DNA from: a virus
Lineage: Duplodnaviria > Caudoviricetes
IMG/VR virus record: IMGVR_UViG_3300017761_007387
Location: 1-49,894 of that record
DNA: 49,894 nt
Strand: one strand, 5' to 3'
Shown here: positions 1 to 9,298 of the stretch, piece after piece
How positions within the stretch are numbered: the first letter of the stretch is position 1
Layout of the letters: each line of letters starts with the position of its first letter
The notes under the pieces: generated by a model
The model's database searches: none
What the model was told of the DNA's origin: nothing
Seen by the model: only the letters and a program-made list of their open reading frames with translations
Position numbers and translations under genes: made by a program

Positions 1-1553
1 AATGATGTCAGCAGGAAGTCTTCCTTGGTGCCGATAAGTTCCTGCATTAGCACGTCAGTATCACGGCGCTGCTCGCCACTCACATCCTTTGTAGAGCCGC
101 TGGGCAGCACCTGATAAATGTTGGCGTGGGTCTTCCCAGAAACTTCTCCTGACTTGTTCTGGCTCTTTATGGTCTGACGCTCAAGCCTGTAGTGCTGGCC
201 ATTGACTGTGAAGTCAATCTCAACGCCGCAGTGGCCCTTCCGCGTGTTGATCACATGGAGGTTCTTCACGATCCCGCGATCGTTCGAGTTGTACAGCCCG
301 TACATGAGCGTGCCCGGAATCGAGGACTTGCCAATCCTGTTCCTGCCAAACAAGCCGATAACGCCGCTAAGCCCATCGAAGTTGATGTAGTTTTCCTTCC
401 CGTAGCCGAAAGTGTTGTCAAACTTCATAGACTTGACAGACCATTTAACGTTCCTGACCGGATCAGACTTTCCGATCTCGTCACAGTACTTTGTGACCTT
501 TCCAGAGATCTTCTCCCAAGTTTCTTCGCTGATTTGCCTGTTGCTGTAGTATTGCTTGATCAGCTCAAGAATGTTGTCAGGGTTGTGATAGTTGTGGTCT
601 TCAGTTGAGATCGATTCAGTGTCAAGAGAGCCTGGCTGATGGTCGTTGTCAAACTTAAACACGATCTCATTTGCCAGCTTCTGGTCCTTAAGCTCAGAGT
701 AGAGGAGCTTGATCTCAGCCTGCGGGAGAGATTGGGAGTGCTTGACTCTGAACCTGGACTTATCCGGATACTGCATGGCATGCCGGACAGTCTCCATGAC
801 AGAACCCTGCCAGTCGATGGTTATGAATGGCGATGGGTTCTTGACTGGAAAGAACTTCGAGTTGTACTTTGTCTTCGACTCGATCTCCCAGTACATAAAC
901 CCCTTCTCGAGGTCCTCTCCATAGTTCTGCTGGAGAGTAGATCCTGGATAAGCGATCTTCTTTGCGGCATCGAGGTACTGGAACTTGTGGATGTCTCCAA
1001 GGAATCCGAAGTCAAATCCCTCGAACAAGTTGTTCTCTACCTCACCCTCGATCTCGTACTCGCTGTCGATCTGAGAGCCACGCACTGCGCCGTGGAAGAG
1101 AGCAATATTGACTTCACCTGGAACTGGCTTCACACTAGACCAGCCCTCTTCATCAAAGCACGATAGGACACACCAGTTGTAGCCAGGGATTCCTGTCGGG
1201 TATACACCAGACTTCTTGTAGAGGTGAAGCCTTGGATTGTTGAGGGCAGTAATCAGCGGGCTGATCGCGTCCTGACGGTCCTTATTGGTGATCAGGCCGT
1301 CATGGTTTCCGAGGATGATGTGTGTTGGCGCAATCTCAGACAAGCTGGTGAACCACCACACAAGAATATCGACCAGCTCAGGCGAGATGCCCTGCGTCTT
1401 CGAGTGGACAACGTCGCCGCCGACCATGATGACGTCTGGAGCTAGCGCCTTTGCCTTTTCAAAGAAGTCTTCAAAAGCCTCTCGATACTCTTCGTGACGG
1501 GAAAGTCCACGAAAGTGGATATCAGAGAGGTGGACGCACTTGAACTTGTTCAT
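1..1553 (-). CDS. Fused Mre11/SbcD-type nuclease + Rad50/SbcC-type ATPase (T4 gp47-gp46-like); 3' end runs off the window
   Basis: Not in the ORF track. Hand translation from ATG at 1553 (GGAG upstream) stays open to the window edge. Metallophosphoesterase motifs HLSDIH, GGDVVH, GNHD, LFHG, GDIHK, YPGS are followed in frame by SMKFDNTFGYG...FDGLSGVIGLF and Walker A GRNRIGKS (324-347). Confidence 0.92.
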   Translation of the reverse strand, partial: MNKFKCVHLSDIHFRGLSRHEEYREAFEDFFEKAKALAPDVIMVGGDVVHSKTQGISPELVDILVWWFTSLSEIAPTHIILGNHDGLITNKDRQDAISPLITALNNPRLHLYKKSGVYPTGIPGYNWCVLSCFDEEGWSSVKPVPGEVNIALFHGAVRGSQIDSEYEIEGEVENNLFEGFDFGFLGDIHKFQYLDAAKKIAYPGSTLQQNYGEDLEKGFMYWEIESKTKYNSKFFPVKNPSPFITIDWQGSVMETVRHAMQYPDKSRFRVKHSQSLPQAEIKLLYSELKDQKLANEIVFKFDNDHQPGSLDTESISTEDHNYHNPDNILELIKQYYSNRQISEETWEKISGKVTKYCDEIGKSDPVRNVKWSVKSMKFDNTFGYGKENYINFDGLSGVIGLFGRNRIGKSSIPGTLMYGLYNSNDRGIVKNLHVINTRKGHCGVEIDFTVNGQHYRLERQTIKSQNKSGEVSGKTHANIYQVLPSGSTKDVSGEQRRDTDVLMQELIGTKEDFLLTS

Positions 1554-1563
1554 CTTTCTCCAA

Positions 1564-2523
1564 TCATAGAAGCGACCCGCTTCTTATCTTAGTAAATAGG
1601 TGCTGGAGGTGGTCATCGGGAGACCAGAATCTTGCTGCCTCTTTCCTTTTCAAGAATTCAGACTTTGACATCTCGCCCACGTCTTTATGCGGGCCTACAT
1701 CCATAACTCTAACTCCAATACCGTACGAATACAGACGTGAGCAGATCTTTTGTGATTTATCGCTGGCATCTGGATCAAGGGCAAGAACGATAGGAGTCAT
1801 GTTCGTCACTATCTTCTTAAAGAGTTCATAACCCTCATTCAATCCAGATCCAAGGAGCGTTACTGAGTTCCTGTCGCACTTGACAAGGTCGAATGGACCC
1901 TCAACGACTGTCAGCTCTTTCTTCCAGTCAATGTTGATTTCATTGAAGATTAGGCTCTTCTTTTCAGCCTTCGAGTTCATATACTTGTACTTGCTATCGG
2001 GGTCAATCGACCTAGCCGTAATGTAGTTCAATTCACCGTTTGCATCAAAAGAAGGCATAATGATGCGCCGGCGATATTTTCCAGAAGAGCATGCCCCAAG
2101 CTTGAAGTACCAGATGTCTCGCTCAGTCAGGCCTCTAGAAAAGCAGTAATCCCTAGACGCCTGGATATCTGGATCGTGACTATCTTCTGCGGGTCCAAGT
2201 GGAATAAAATCTGCAGGAAGCTCGACCTTCTCCTTGACTTCTTCGATAACAGGAGAGTCATAGTCTCCTGACTCAAAGATTCGAAAGTACATGTCCAGCT
2301 TCTCAGGCGCATACTTCTTCACGGTGTAAGTGAGAGTCTTGCCCTTGAGTTCACAGACCCAACAGTGGTGAAGGCCATTCTCAAGCTGGATGATGAGTTT
2401 CTTCTTCTCTGGATTTTCCTTCGAACACTTGGGACACGTCACCGCGACAGCGCCCTTATTCACAACTCCAGCACCAAAGATGGAAGTGATGAAATGTAGT
2501 TTAGCTTCTAGAGTTACTTCCAT
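1564..2523 (-). CDS. DnaG-type DNA primase (T4 gp61-like)
   Basis: N-terminal zinc ligands CPKC...HCWVC; RIIMP...YITAR core; TOPRIM motifs VVEGPFD, LALDPD, KDVGE. Confidence 0.9.
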   Translation of the reverse strand: MEVTLEAKLHFITSIFGAGVVNKGAVAVTCPKCSKENPEKKKLIIQLENGLHHCWVCELKGKTLTYTVKKYAPEKLDMYFRIFESGDYDSPVIEEVKEKVELPADFIPLGPAEDSHDPDIQASRDYCFSRGLTERDIWYFKLGACSSGKYRRRIIMPSFDANGELNYITARSIDPDSKYKYMNSKAEKKSLIFNEINIDWKKELTVVEGPFDLVKCDRNSVTLLGSGLNEGYELFKKIVTNMTPIVLALDPDASDKSQKICSRLYSYGIGVRVMDVGPHKDVGEMSKSEFLKRKEAARFWSPDDHLQHLFTKIRSGSLL

Positions 2524-2526
2524 GCG

Positions 2527-3087
2527 CTACTTTACATCAGCGCACTTCCGTTGTTCAAGGCCTGCTACAGCCACTACGATAGAATCTGCAATGTCAAAGT
2601 GGTGAGTCTCTATCACCGATTGCCCCTTGCTCTTTCCAGCTTTCACAACCCTCTTTGTGGGCACGTAGCCAAAGCGCTGTACTGCCCATTCCAGGACCTG
2701 CTCTTTCGTATCCCTAGCCCTATCAATCTTCAAAGACGCAAGCTTCCTTGCAGCAGTCACGTTAATATACTCTGGCACCACGCCGAGGTCTAGCATGACG
2801 ATATAAGAAGCTACGCCGTTGAACCTCGCCAAAGTAAGCAGAGTTCCAGCTGAAGAAAGCCCAGGCCTGAATCCCTGGAGGTTTTCCTCTATGTACACAG
2901 ACTCAATTTCAGATTTCGAAATCTTACACTGCCTCAGCCATTGCGATAGCTGGACCCTGAAGCTGTTTGCCTTCTGGAACATATCGTCTCCAGCTGGCTT
3001 TATTGCAACAACGTGAAGCAGTAAACCTTCTTTAGAGATCAAGCTAGCACCAGTGCAAGATGTTGAAATATCCAATCCAAGAATCAT
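2527..3087 (-). CDS. ruvC: RuvC-like Holliday junction resolvase
   Basis: ILGLDISTSCTG, VYIEE and DIADS acidic motifs of the RNase H-fold RuvC family. ATG at 3087 is preferred over TTG at 3093. Confidence 0.8.
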   Translation of the reverse strand: MILGLDISTSCTGASLISKEGLLLHVVAIKPAGDDMFQKANSFRVQLSQWLRQCKISKSEIESVYIEENLQGFRPGLSSAGTLLTLARFNGVASYIVMLDLGVVPEYINVTAARKLASLKIDRARDTKEQVLEWAVQRFGYVPTKRVVKAGKSKGQSVIETHHFDIADSIVVAVAGLEQRKCADVK

Positions 3088-3113
3088 GAACAAATCTATC
3101 TTTGGACTTCAGA

Positions 3114-5444
3114 TTAGAAATCGAACTTTAGCCTGAACATGTACTTGTCGTTCTGCTTCTTGACCACTGGCTGAGCCAGATTTGCCCTTGCGATCACGTT
3201 TAGGTTATCATCGTGAATTAAGATTCCAGATATTACAGTGAACTCAGTGTCTTTATCTGACGCGTTTGCAGACGGAACTGCACTGACGAAGCTCGGATTT
3301 GATGATGAGTTTATCATTCCAGGCATCGCAAGGGCATTAATCTCAAGAATATGGAGATTGTGAACTCCCTCGTAGCTAATCTCAAACGCTTCCTTTCCAA
3401 ACTGCAGCAGATTTGGAGATTTTACTACTACAAGGCCCTCATCATAGAGAGCGTTACCAACGCTAGACCATGTAGCGGGTGGAGTATTGCTGTCTGCTCT
3501 ATAGACGTTTCCAGATCCATCATCTTTTAGCGTGATTGACACCCTTGAATTCGACGCAGTTACTGAGTTATCGGTGAGGACCATTGTTCCAGGCCTTATT
3601 CTCATTCCATAGAATAGGTTGGAGCTATCGAAGAAAACAACTTCGTTTGAGGAGTTGTCTCTTGTTCTCTGAAGGATCGTAAATCCACTCCCTGGAGAAA
3701 CTGAGGGATCTTCTGGGGAAGAACCAAGAGACTCTTGAAGTATTCCATTCTGGTCTGAGCTGTCGGTGCCATCAGCATTAGATTGCTGTAGGCCCGGAAG
3801 TATCGAGGAAGTAGAGATTAGGTTGTTCAGAGACACCATCCAGAGACAGCTCTCTCCATAATCATTTACGAGCCTATTACTGCTACCAGAAGACAACAAA
3901 CTGTAATTTGGAGCAAACAGACCGTTATCACATGGTAAAAGCAGGAGATTCCTAGCTCTAGTCTGCGATGCCGCAGGAGATATATCGTACAGGAACTGGT
4001 CTGCAGTATAAGTCTGTGTGCTTGTGTCTACTGTGGAGCTTGTCAGATAGAACATTCGAGGGTACCTGCCATTCACAAACTCTCGAAGGTAGTTCTCTGC
4101 GCATATATCCTTTCCCCTCACTCCAAAAGATAGCTCTTCGTTGAACGGCACCGAGGTTGATCTTAGACTGGACTGAAAGGGCGTTATAAGCACGTTCCTG
4201 ACTGGACTTTCCTCGACAAACTGTACAGGCAGATAGAAAAGAAGGTCATTGTAGTTTTCTGGACCGTACAGAGAAGCGCTTAGAATCTCACCCTTTGCCA
4301 AGCACCTCGAGTATATCCTCAAGTCATGTAACTCAGCGTTCAGAGGATTGTTCAACGAAGAAGTTTGGACGTCAGGAGAGACTCCAGCGTCGTATATTCC
4401 TTCGGTAGCACTGACTCCTGAGTTGAAGAACCTGTTCTGGACATCGAGAACCCCAGAGTCGAGAAAGTTTCCTACGATGACTGGATTAAATCCGTATGAA
4501 TCGACAGAAGTGTTTATATCAGACAAGCCCAAGTCAAACCTGGAACTAACATCTTCGATGCCATCTATAAAAAATGACCCCGTGCCAGAGTTAAAGTCCT
4601 TTCCCCACCTCACGGCGACGTGGTGCCAGCTATTCAAGGAAAGAGAGTTGTCGCTTGTTGCATATACGTTTTGAAGCGCAGTTGTATCTGGATCTATCGA
4701 AGATGGATTGGTGTCAGCGCTTGAACTGAGCTGCAACATGATCCTGAACTTATCAGGTCTTCCATCTTGGCCTATGTGAGAGCCAGTAACGAGAGAGACT
4801 GCAAACGCAGAAGACATGTGAAGTATCGTGCCAGCTCTATAATCTTCACTAACTTCCAGCACCGTTCTGCGTGGGTTAACATAGAAGCTAAACGTGAAAC
4901 TTCCGGTGACGTTGTAGTCGTTTGCTGAGCCCTGCACTGGCGATGGATATGCTAGGCAAGAGTGCGCTGGCACGTTTGATGAAGTGAAGAAGTTCAAGCA
5001 CTGATAGTTCGTGAAACTCCAGTGGGCCGTAGGGACACTTGTTCTATAGAATGGAAATAACACATCCTTGGTCACCGCCTTCCTCAGAGTGTTACTCGTG
5101 AAATCGCTTGATGGAACGAAGCGAATAACCTCAACTTGCTTTGACTGCCTATCAGTCACGGAGGTCAAATTCACAGAGTTCAGGTAAGACTCAGCATCCA
5201 CCGAGAGGTCTAGAGAAGACGTGTTTGAGAAAATAGAATTCCTAACGGTCTCCAGGCTGTCATCTGAGATCGAGGATTCAGAGAAAGCAGCAAGCTTATG
5301 GACCTCCTTATTGAAGTCCGACCTTTCCGCTATGACGTAAACTGATCCAGTTACGCCAGAAGAAGATGAGGAGAAACTCCTGCTTGGATGCAGCTCGAGG
5401 ACAATGTTCTCAAAGTTTTCTCTAGTGAGAGGAAGTATTGCCAT
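3114..5444 (-). CDS. Virion baseplate/tail-associated protein with LamG (ConA-like) domain
   Basis: LamG-like SFTFSFYV...SWHHVAVRW...FFIDG...LHDLRIYSRCL. C-terminal domain is shared with the adjacent 445-aa protein. Ser/Thr-rich. Confidence 0.7.
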   Translation of the reverse strand: MAILPLTRENFENIVLELHPSRSFSSSSSGVTGSVYVIAERSDFNKEVHKLAAFSESSISDDSLETVRNSIFSNTSSLDLSVDAESYLNSVNLTSVTDRQSKQVEVIRFVPSSDFTSNTLRKAVTKDVLFPFYRTSVPTAHWSFTNYQCLNFFTSSNVPAHSCLAYPSPVQGSANDYNVTGSFTFSFYVNPRRTVLEVSEDYRAGTILHMSSAFAVSLVTGSHIGQDGRPDKFRIMLQLSSSADTNPSSIDPDTTALQNVYATSDNSLSLNSWHHVAVRWGKDFNSGTGSFFIDGIEDVSSRFDLGLSDINTSVDSYGFNPVIVGNFLDSGVLDVQNRFFNSGVSATEGIYDAGVSPDVQTSSLNNPLNAELHDLRIYSRCLAKGEILSASLYGPENYNDLLFYLPVQFVEESPVRNVLITPFQSSLRSTSVPFNEELSFGVRGKDICAENYLREFVNGRYPRMFYLTSSTVDTSTQTYTADQFLYDISPAASQTRARNLLLLPCDNGLFAPNYSLLSSGSSNRLVNDYGESCLWMVSLNNLISTSSILPGLQQSNADGTDSSDQNGILQESLGSSPEDPSVSPGSGFTILQRTRDNSSNEVVFFDSSNLFYGMRIRPGTMVLTDNSVTASNSRVSITLKDDGSGNVYRADSNTPPATWSSVGNALYDEGLVVVKSPNLLQFGKEAFEISYEGVHNLHILEINALAMPGMINSSSNPSFVSAVPSANASDKDTEFTVISGILIHDDNLNVIARANLAQPVVKKQNDKYMFRLKFDF

Positions 5445-5456
5445 TGCATCGCCGCC

Positions 5457-6794
5457 TCAGAAGTCTAGCCTGACTCTTACCGATAGATCCTTCTCATCAT
5501 TCTTCTCGACGGGCCTGGATAGCTTTGCGACAGCCAGAAGCTCGTTGTTGGAATTGTAGAGACCAACAGTGGTAACAAATGTGAAAGACCTCTGTCCTGT
5601 GCTGTTTCCAGGCTCAATCACTACAATATTTCCATTTGAGTCTCTGAAGGTCGGATTGGAAGAGTAGTTAAATTCATCCGCCGTGGCCCTACAAAATATC
5701 AGGGTAGAATTGATTCCGGTGACGTTCTGGAAAGTTGCAGCAGTTATTGATCCTGAGCTGAATCTGGTGGAAGCTATGTGATCGACAAAGTCGTCGATAG
5801 AAGCCGAAACAACAAGGTCGGGTATGAACTTGGCATTGCGGTTGTCAGATCCCTTAGTGCCGTTGCCGAGCATTACTTGGCCGATGTTTGTGCTGTTGCC
5901 ATAAACAGATGAAGCAACATTTGACATTGCGTCGATTGCGCCCGACATGTGCTGGTTGCTTGCAAAGACGCGTCCCATGTCAAGAACCATGAGTCCATGA
6001 TCGTACCAGATGAGACCAACATACTCGCTGGTATTGGAAGTGTTCTTAATGTACCCGACGTCTCCGCCAAAGTACTTCAGCTGCGTCGTTGAGGAGCCAA
6101 CATCTGCGTAGATTGTAGAACCAGAAACTGATGTTATGAAGAGGTTTGATCCAGTGTAGTTGTTGTCTATGCCGGTGGTGGTCTGGTTCAGTGCCAACCC
6201 ACCTGCAGTCACGTCGAGAGGATTTCCATCGAGGGCAGCGCTCTGGAACAGCCTTATCGCAAACGTCTCTTTCTTTACTTCATCTCTAGAGAAAAGGCGC
6301 TTGAAGTTTATGAAAAGAGCCTCTTCTATCCTGTCACCCTTAGATCCCGTCTGCTGGTTTGTGAAAGAAGCATTGGAGTTGAACTCATTGACGCCCGGCG
6401 AGAAGAACGCTGAGTCGGCATCTCCGAGCAAGAACTGAGAGTACTGCTTGTAGTTCGATATCTTCTCTCTCATCATGAGCGACTGTGATGGAAATAGAAG
6501 CTTTCCATTCGCATCAGCACCTGTGGTGCAATCTTGCACAGTGTCTGAGTCTTCAAACAGACCAATCGTCGTGTCAAAGACTGGATTTGCAGTCTGTAGA
6601 GAGAAATCTTGGTCATAGACTGTTTGGAAAAGTGAAGAAGTCACGCCTGGGCCGATGCCGCCAGTCACATATACCTGAAATTTCTTTCTCGAAGAAGATC
6701 CAGAAATATCGTTCTGAAGCACGTCAACAAGCTGATTGAGAACGCTTGTAGAAGTCTGAATGTCTTCTGCAGTTATAGTCTTAAAAGTTGCCAT
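5457..6794 (-). CDS. Virion structural protein (baseplate/tail-fibre attachment-like C-terminus)
   Basis: C-terminus EFNYSSNPTF...FVTTVGLYNSNNELLAVAKLSRPVEK...VRLDF resembles phage tail-collar/fibre attachment motifs; sits in the structural module. Confidence 0.65.
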   Translation of the reverse strand: MATFKTITAEDIQTSTSVLNQLVDVLQNDISGSSSRKKFQVYVTGGIGPGVTSSLFQTVYDQDFSLQTANPVFDTTIGLFEDSDTVQDCTTGADANGKLLFPSQSLMMREKISNYKQYSQFLLGDADSAFFSPGVNEFNSNASFTNQQTGSKGDRIEEALFINFKRLFSRDEVKKETFAIRLFQSAALDGNPLDVTAGGLALNQTTTGIDNNYTGSNLFITSVSGSTIYADVGSSTTQLKYFGGDVGYIKNTSNTSEYVGLIWYDHGLMVLDMGRVFASNQHMSGAIDAMSNVASSVYGNSTNIGQVMLGNGTKGSDNRNAKFIPDLVVSASIDDFVDHIASTRFSSGSITAATFQNVTGINSTLIFCRATADEFNYSSNPTFRDSNGNIVVIEPGNSTGQRSFTFVTTVGLYNSNNELLAVAKLSRPVEKNDEKDLSVRVRLDF

Positions 6795-6795
6795 G

Positions 6796-7518
6796 TTAGA
6801 TGCCGCTATTCTTGTTGATGTTGATCTGCTGCGTCACCACAGCTCCGCTGGCAGTGCCAGATACGTTGATGAACGTTGTAATTACGCCAGAGCCTGCGGA
6901 GTTGGAATAGTAGTTGTAGAAGTCGTCATTGAATCCCTTGATCGAGACTCTGAGCGAAGCAATTGTTCCCTCGCTTCCATCTGAGTTTGTCGCAGTCTGT
7001 CGGACCCTCACGGTCGATATGAAGTTCTGGCCCGTAGAAGGCGTGGAGACGTTATTCTCATAGCCAGTCACGTTCAAGAACCTCGAGTCATAAGACACTA
7101 TGTAGCTTGTGTCTCTGAGATCGACTTCGATTGTGGCATTGTTCTCAGAATTCTGCCTGACCTGGAGGTCAACTTGGACAGGTGCGCTTCCCCTGACAAG
7201 GGTGGACGCGCCATTGACGGTGGTGATTGTCAGGTAGGGCAAGTTGTCGAGATACGGATTTGCCGCACTGATCATTCGGTACTTCAACGCAAGGTCAGAG
7301 TTTGTTTGAGCTTCAAACACGGGGGTGTTCTTCTCAATCTTCTCCTTGCCTACGGTCCTACCAAACTTCTTGATGATTCCATAATCGACTTCGTCGTCAC
7401 CAAACGAAAATCTGGTGATCTGGAAGGAGCCATCGTTTCTGGCAAGGAGCTGACGACCCTTGTCAGTCAAGACAGCGTCAATTATGATGTTGTTGGTTGA
7501 GTGATCTAGAAACCCCAT
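6796..7518 (-). CDS. Virion structural protein (baseplate-associated)
   Basis: N-terminus DAVLTDKGRQLLA...ITRFSFGDDEVDY is paralogous to 15389-16297; GGAG SD and ATACTTA motif upstream. Confidence 0.65.
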   Translation of the reverse strand: MGFLDHSTNNIIIDAVLTDKGRQLLARNDGSFQITRFSFGDDEVDYGIIKKFGRTVGKEKIEKNTPVFEAQTNSDLALKYRMISAANPYLDNLPYLTITTVNGASTLVRGSAPVQVDLQVRQNSENNATIEVDLRDTSYIVSYDSRFLNVTGYENNVSTPSTGQNFISTVRVRQTATNSDGSEGTIASLRVSIKGFNDDFYNYYSNSAGSGVITTFINVSGTASGAVVTQQININKNSGI

Positions 7519-7536
7519 GCCTGAATCTCCACGCTA

Positions 7537-7543
7537 TAAGTAT
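7537..7543 (-). promoter_or_regulatory. Putative late promoter motif ATACTTA
   Basis: Intergenic, 18 nt upstream of the ATG at 7518. The same 7-mer precedes 16297 and 28848. Confidence 0.6.
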
Positions 7544-7564
7544 AGCACTGCGTAAAACTGAGAG

Positions 7565-9298
7565 TCACTTGTTGTCTATTACAGAAAAGCTAACTTTCGC
7601 GTCCTGCTGTAAATCAACATTGATAAATTGTATCGAATAACTTGGATAATCTTTGCTGGTCGATATGTGTCCGAGGTCCTTTTCCCTCAAGTCATAGACC
7701 TGTAAGTAGTCTGGATCGAAGTAAATCTTCGCCTTCGAGTACCCACTTGTTTTCATAGAGTCAACAGTGAGCGGCGCGTCGAGCGTGAAGTTTGGATATG
7801 GCTTTGGAGCGCCGGCGCTAGCAACTCTATCGACCCTCAACCTGCCGTGCTCTCTCTGAAATCTCACCCTGAACTGTTCAGAATACCCAGAGCTAAGGTC
7901 TCTTGCGTCCACCGAACAGACCGCGTAGATGTAGTCAGAGTCCAGGTTGTAGGAATCGTCGATATAGAACGAAACTGGATAGTTGGACACCAGCTTTGAT
8001 CTCGAAGGAATTTTTTCTGATCTGGGTGTTTTCACAGCGCTGTCATCAAAGTCCAACTCTGCCAGTAGCTGGAACGGCTCGTTGATATTTCTCCTTCGAA
8101 AAACCTGATACCTTTTTATGTCTTCTTGCTTGTTCAGCGGGTGTTGCCACTCAACATGAAGTTTCTTTTCGGGAGAAAACCAGAACCTTAAGTCGATTGG
8201 TTCAGGTGGCGGCTTTCCCTCTTCGCACAGAGCCTCAGTTGCCGGTGATTGCCTAGATGAAATGATGTAGTCAGAAGATACTATGTTCTTGCCATCATAA
8301 GACAAGATGCGAACAAGATAGACTGTCTGAATCTCATACCTGTACCTCTTGCCATACACGATCTCAGTGTCCACATAGGTGTCCTGTCGAGGATTGTTTA
8401 TGACAAACCTTTCAATCTGCACCAGACTACCGTCAGACTCAACTGACCTCTTGGTTATCAAATATCCGAGAAGAACATTTCCATACACTGATATTGTGTC
8501 GAGGTCAATAGCACTTGTAGAGACAGGCTCTGTTGACGGCTCATAGTCAGTAATGTCAATGGTCTTGGAAGGATCAGAGTTGATGCTATTGTTCGATATC
8601 GCTGAGACATCGCCAAGTATTGGATCTAGAGAGTCTGAGATCGGGCTCAACGCTGAATTCTTAGACCTTGTCAGGATATCGCTTGCAAATTTTGCATTCA
8701 ACGACAGCGCGAAGGAGAGCTTACCGACATCTCCTTCGCCTACTTTTGATATTGGCTCACCTGTCTTGGGGTCGAACGTGAGGAACTCATTAGATGCGTC
8801 TACATTTACATAGTCAAGTATGCTCTGTGCATCTGCCTCCTCTGAGATAGATCCATACTTGAGTATCTTCTGTATTGGGGACAGGCCCACTATCTTTTTA
8901 TTGTTCAGCGCAAGAGAGCTTTCTATGGCATGCTGCAGCTTAGAGTTTGCGCCACTGTCCTGTACGACAATACTCACCATAGAGCTGGCCCCGACAGAGA
9001 GCTCGCTTGTGATCTTATCGAGATTTTCGGCAAATATGATAGACTTTTCGCTATCAGTAAATTGTAGGCCACTCTGTCCAGTTCCAGTGTTGATAGAATC
9101 AACCGCAGGCGTGAACCTAAGAACAATCTCCCTCGCGTGCTTACCACCATGTCTCAAAAAGCTCTGTTCCGTTCCCCTCGTGTCAGTGCTTATCTTTTCA
9201 TTTCTCTGGAAGTAACGATACACAAACTTAGAGTCTATGCCAGCAGGCTCTGGAACATCGAAAATAAATGCCGCTCTTGAAGGGTATGACGATCTCAT
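7565..9298 (-). CDS. Putative virion protein with fibronectin type III-like domains
   Basis: YVDTEIVYGKRYRYEI, PPPEPIDLRF...VEW...YQVFRR and YIDDSYNLDSDYIYAVCSVD...SGYSE are FN3-like patterns. Confidence 0.6.
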   Translation of the reverse strand: MRSSYPSRAAFIFDVPEPAGIDSKFVYRYFQRNEKISTDTRGTEQSFLRHGGKHAREIVLRFTPAVDSINTGTGQSGLQFTDSEKSIIFAENLDKITSELSVGASSMVSIVVQDSGANSKLQHAIESSLALNNKKIVGLSPIQKILKYGSISEEADAQSILDYVNVDASNEFLTFDPKTGEPISKVGEGDVGKLSFALSLNAKFASDILTRSKNSALSPISDSLDPILGDVSAISNNSINSDPSKTIDITDYEPSTEPVSTSAIDLDTISVYGNVLLGYLITKRSVESDGSLVQIERFVINNPRQDTYVDTEIVYGKRYRYEIQTVYLVRILSYDGKNIVSSDYIISSRQSPATEALCEEGKPPPEPIDLRFWFSPEKKLHVEWQHPLNKQEDIKRYQVFRRRNINEPFQLLAELDFDDSAVKTPRSEKIPSRSKLVSNYPVSFYIDDSYNLDSDYIYAVCSVDARDLSSGYSEQFRVRFQREHGRLRVDRVASAGAPKPYPNFTLDAPLTVDSMKTSGYSKAKIYFDPDYLQVYDLREKDLGHISTSKDYPSYSIQFINVDLQQDAKVSFSVIDNK

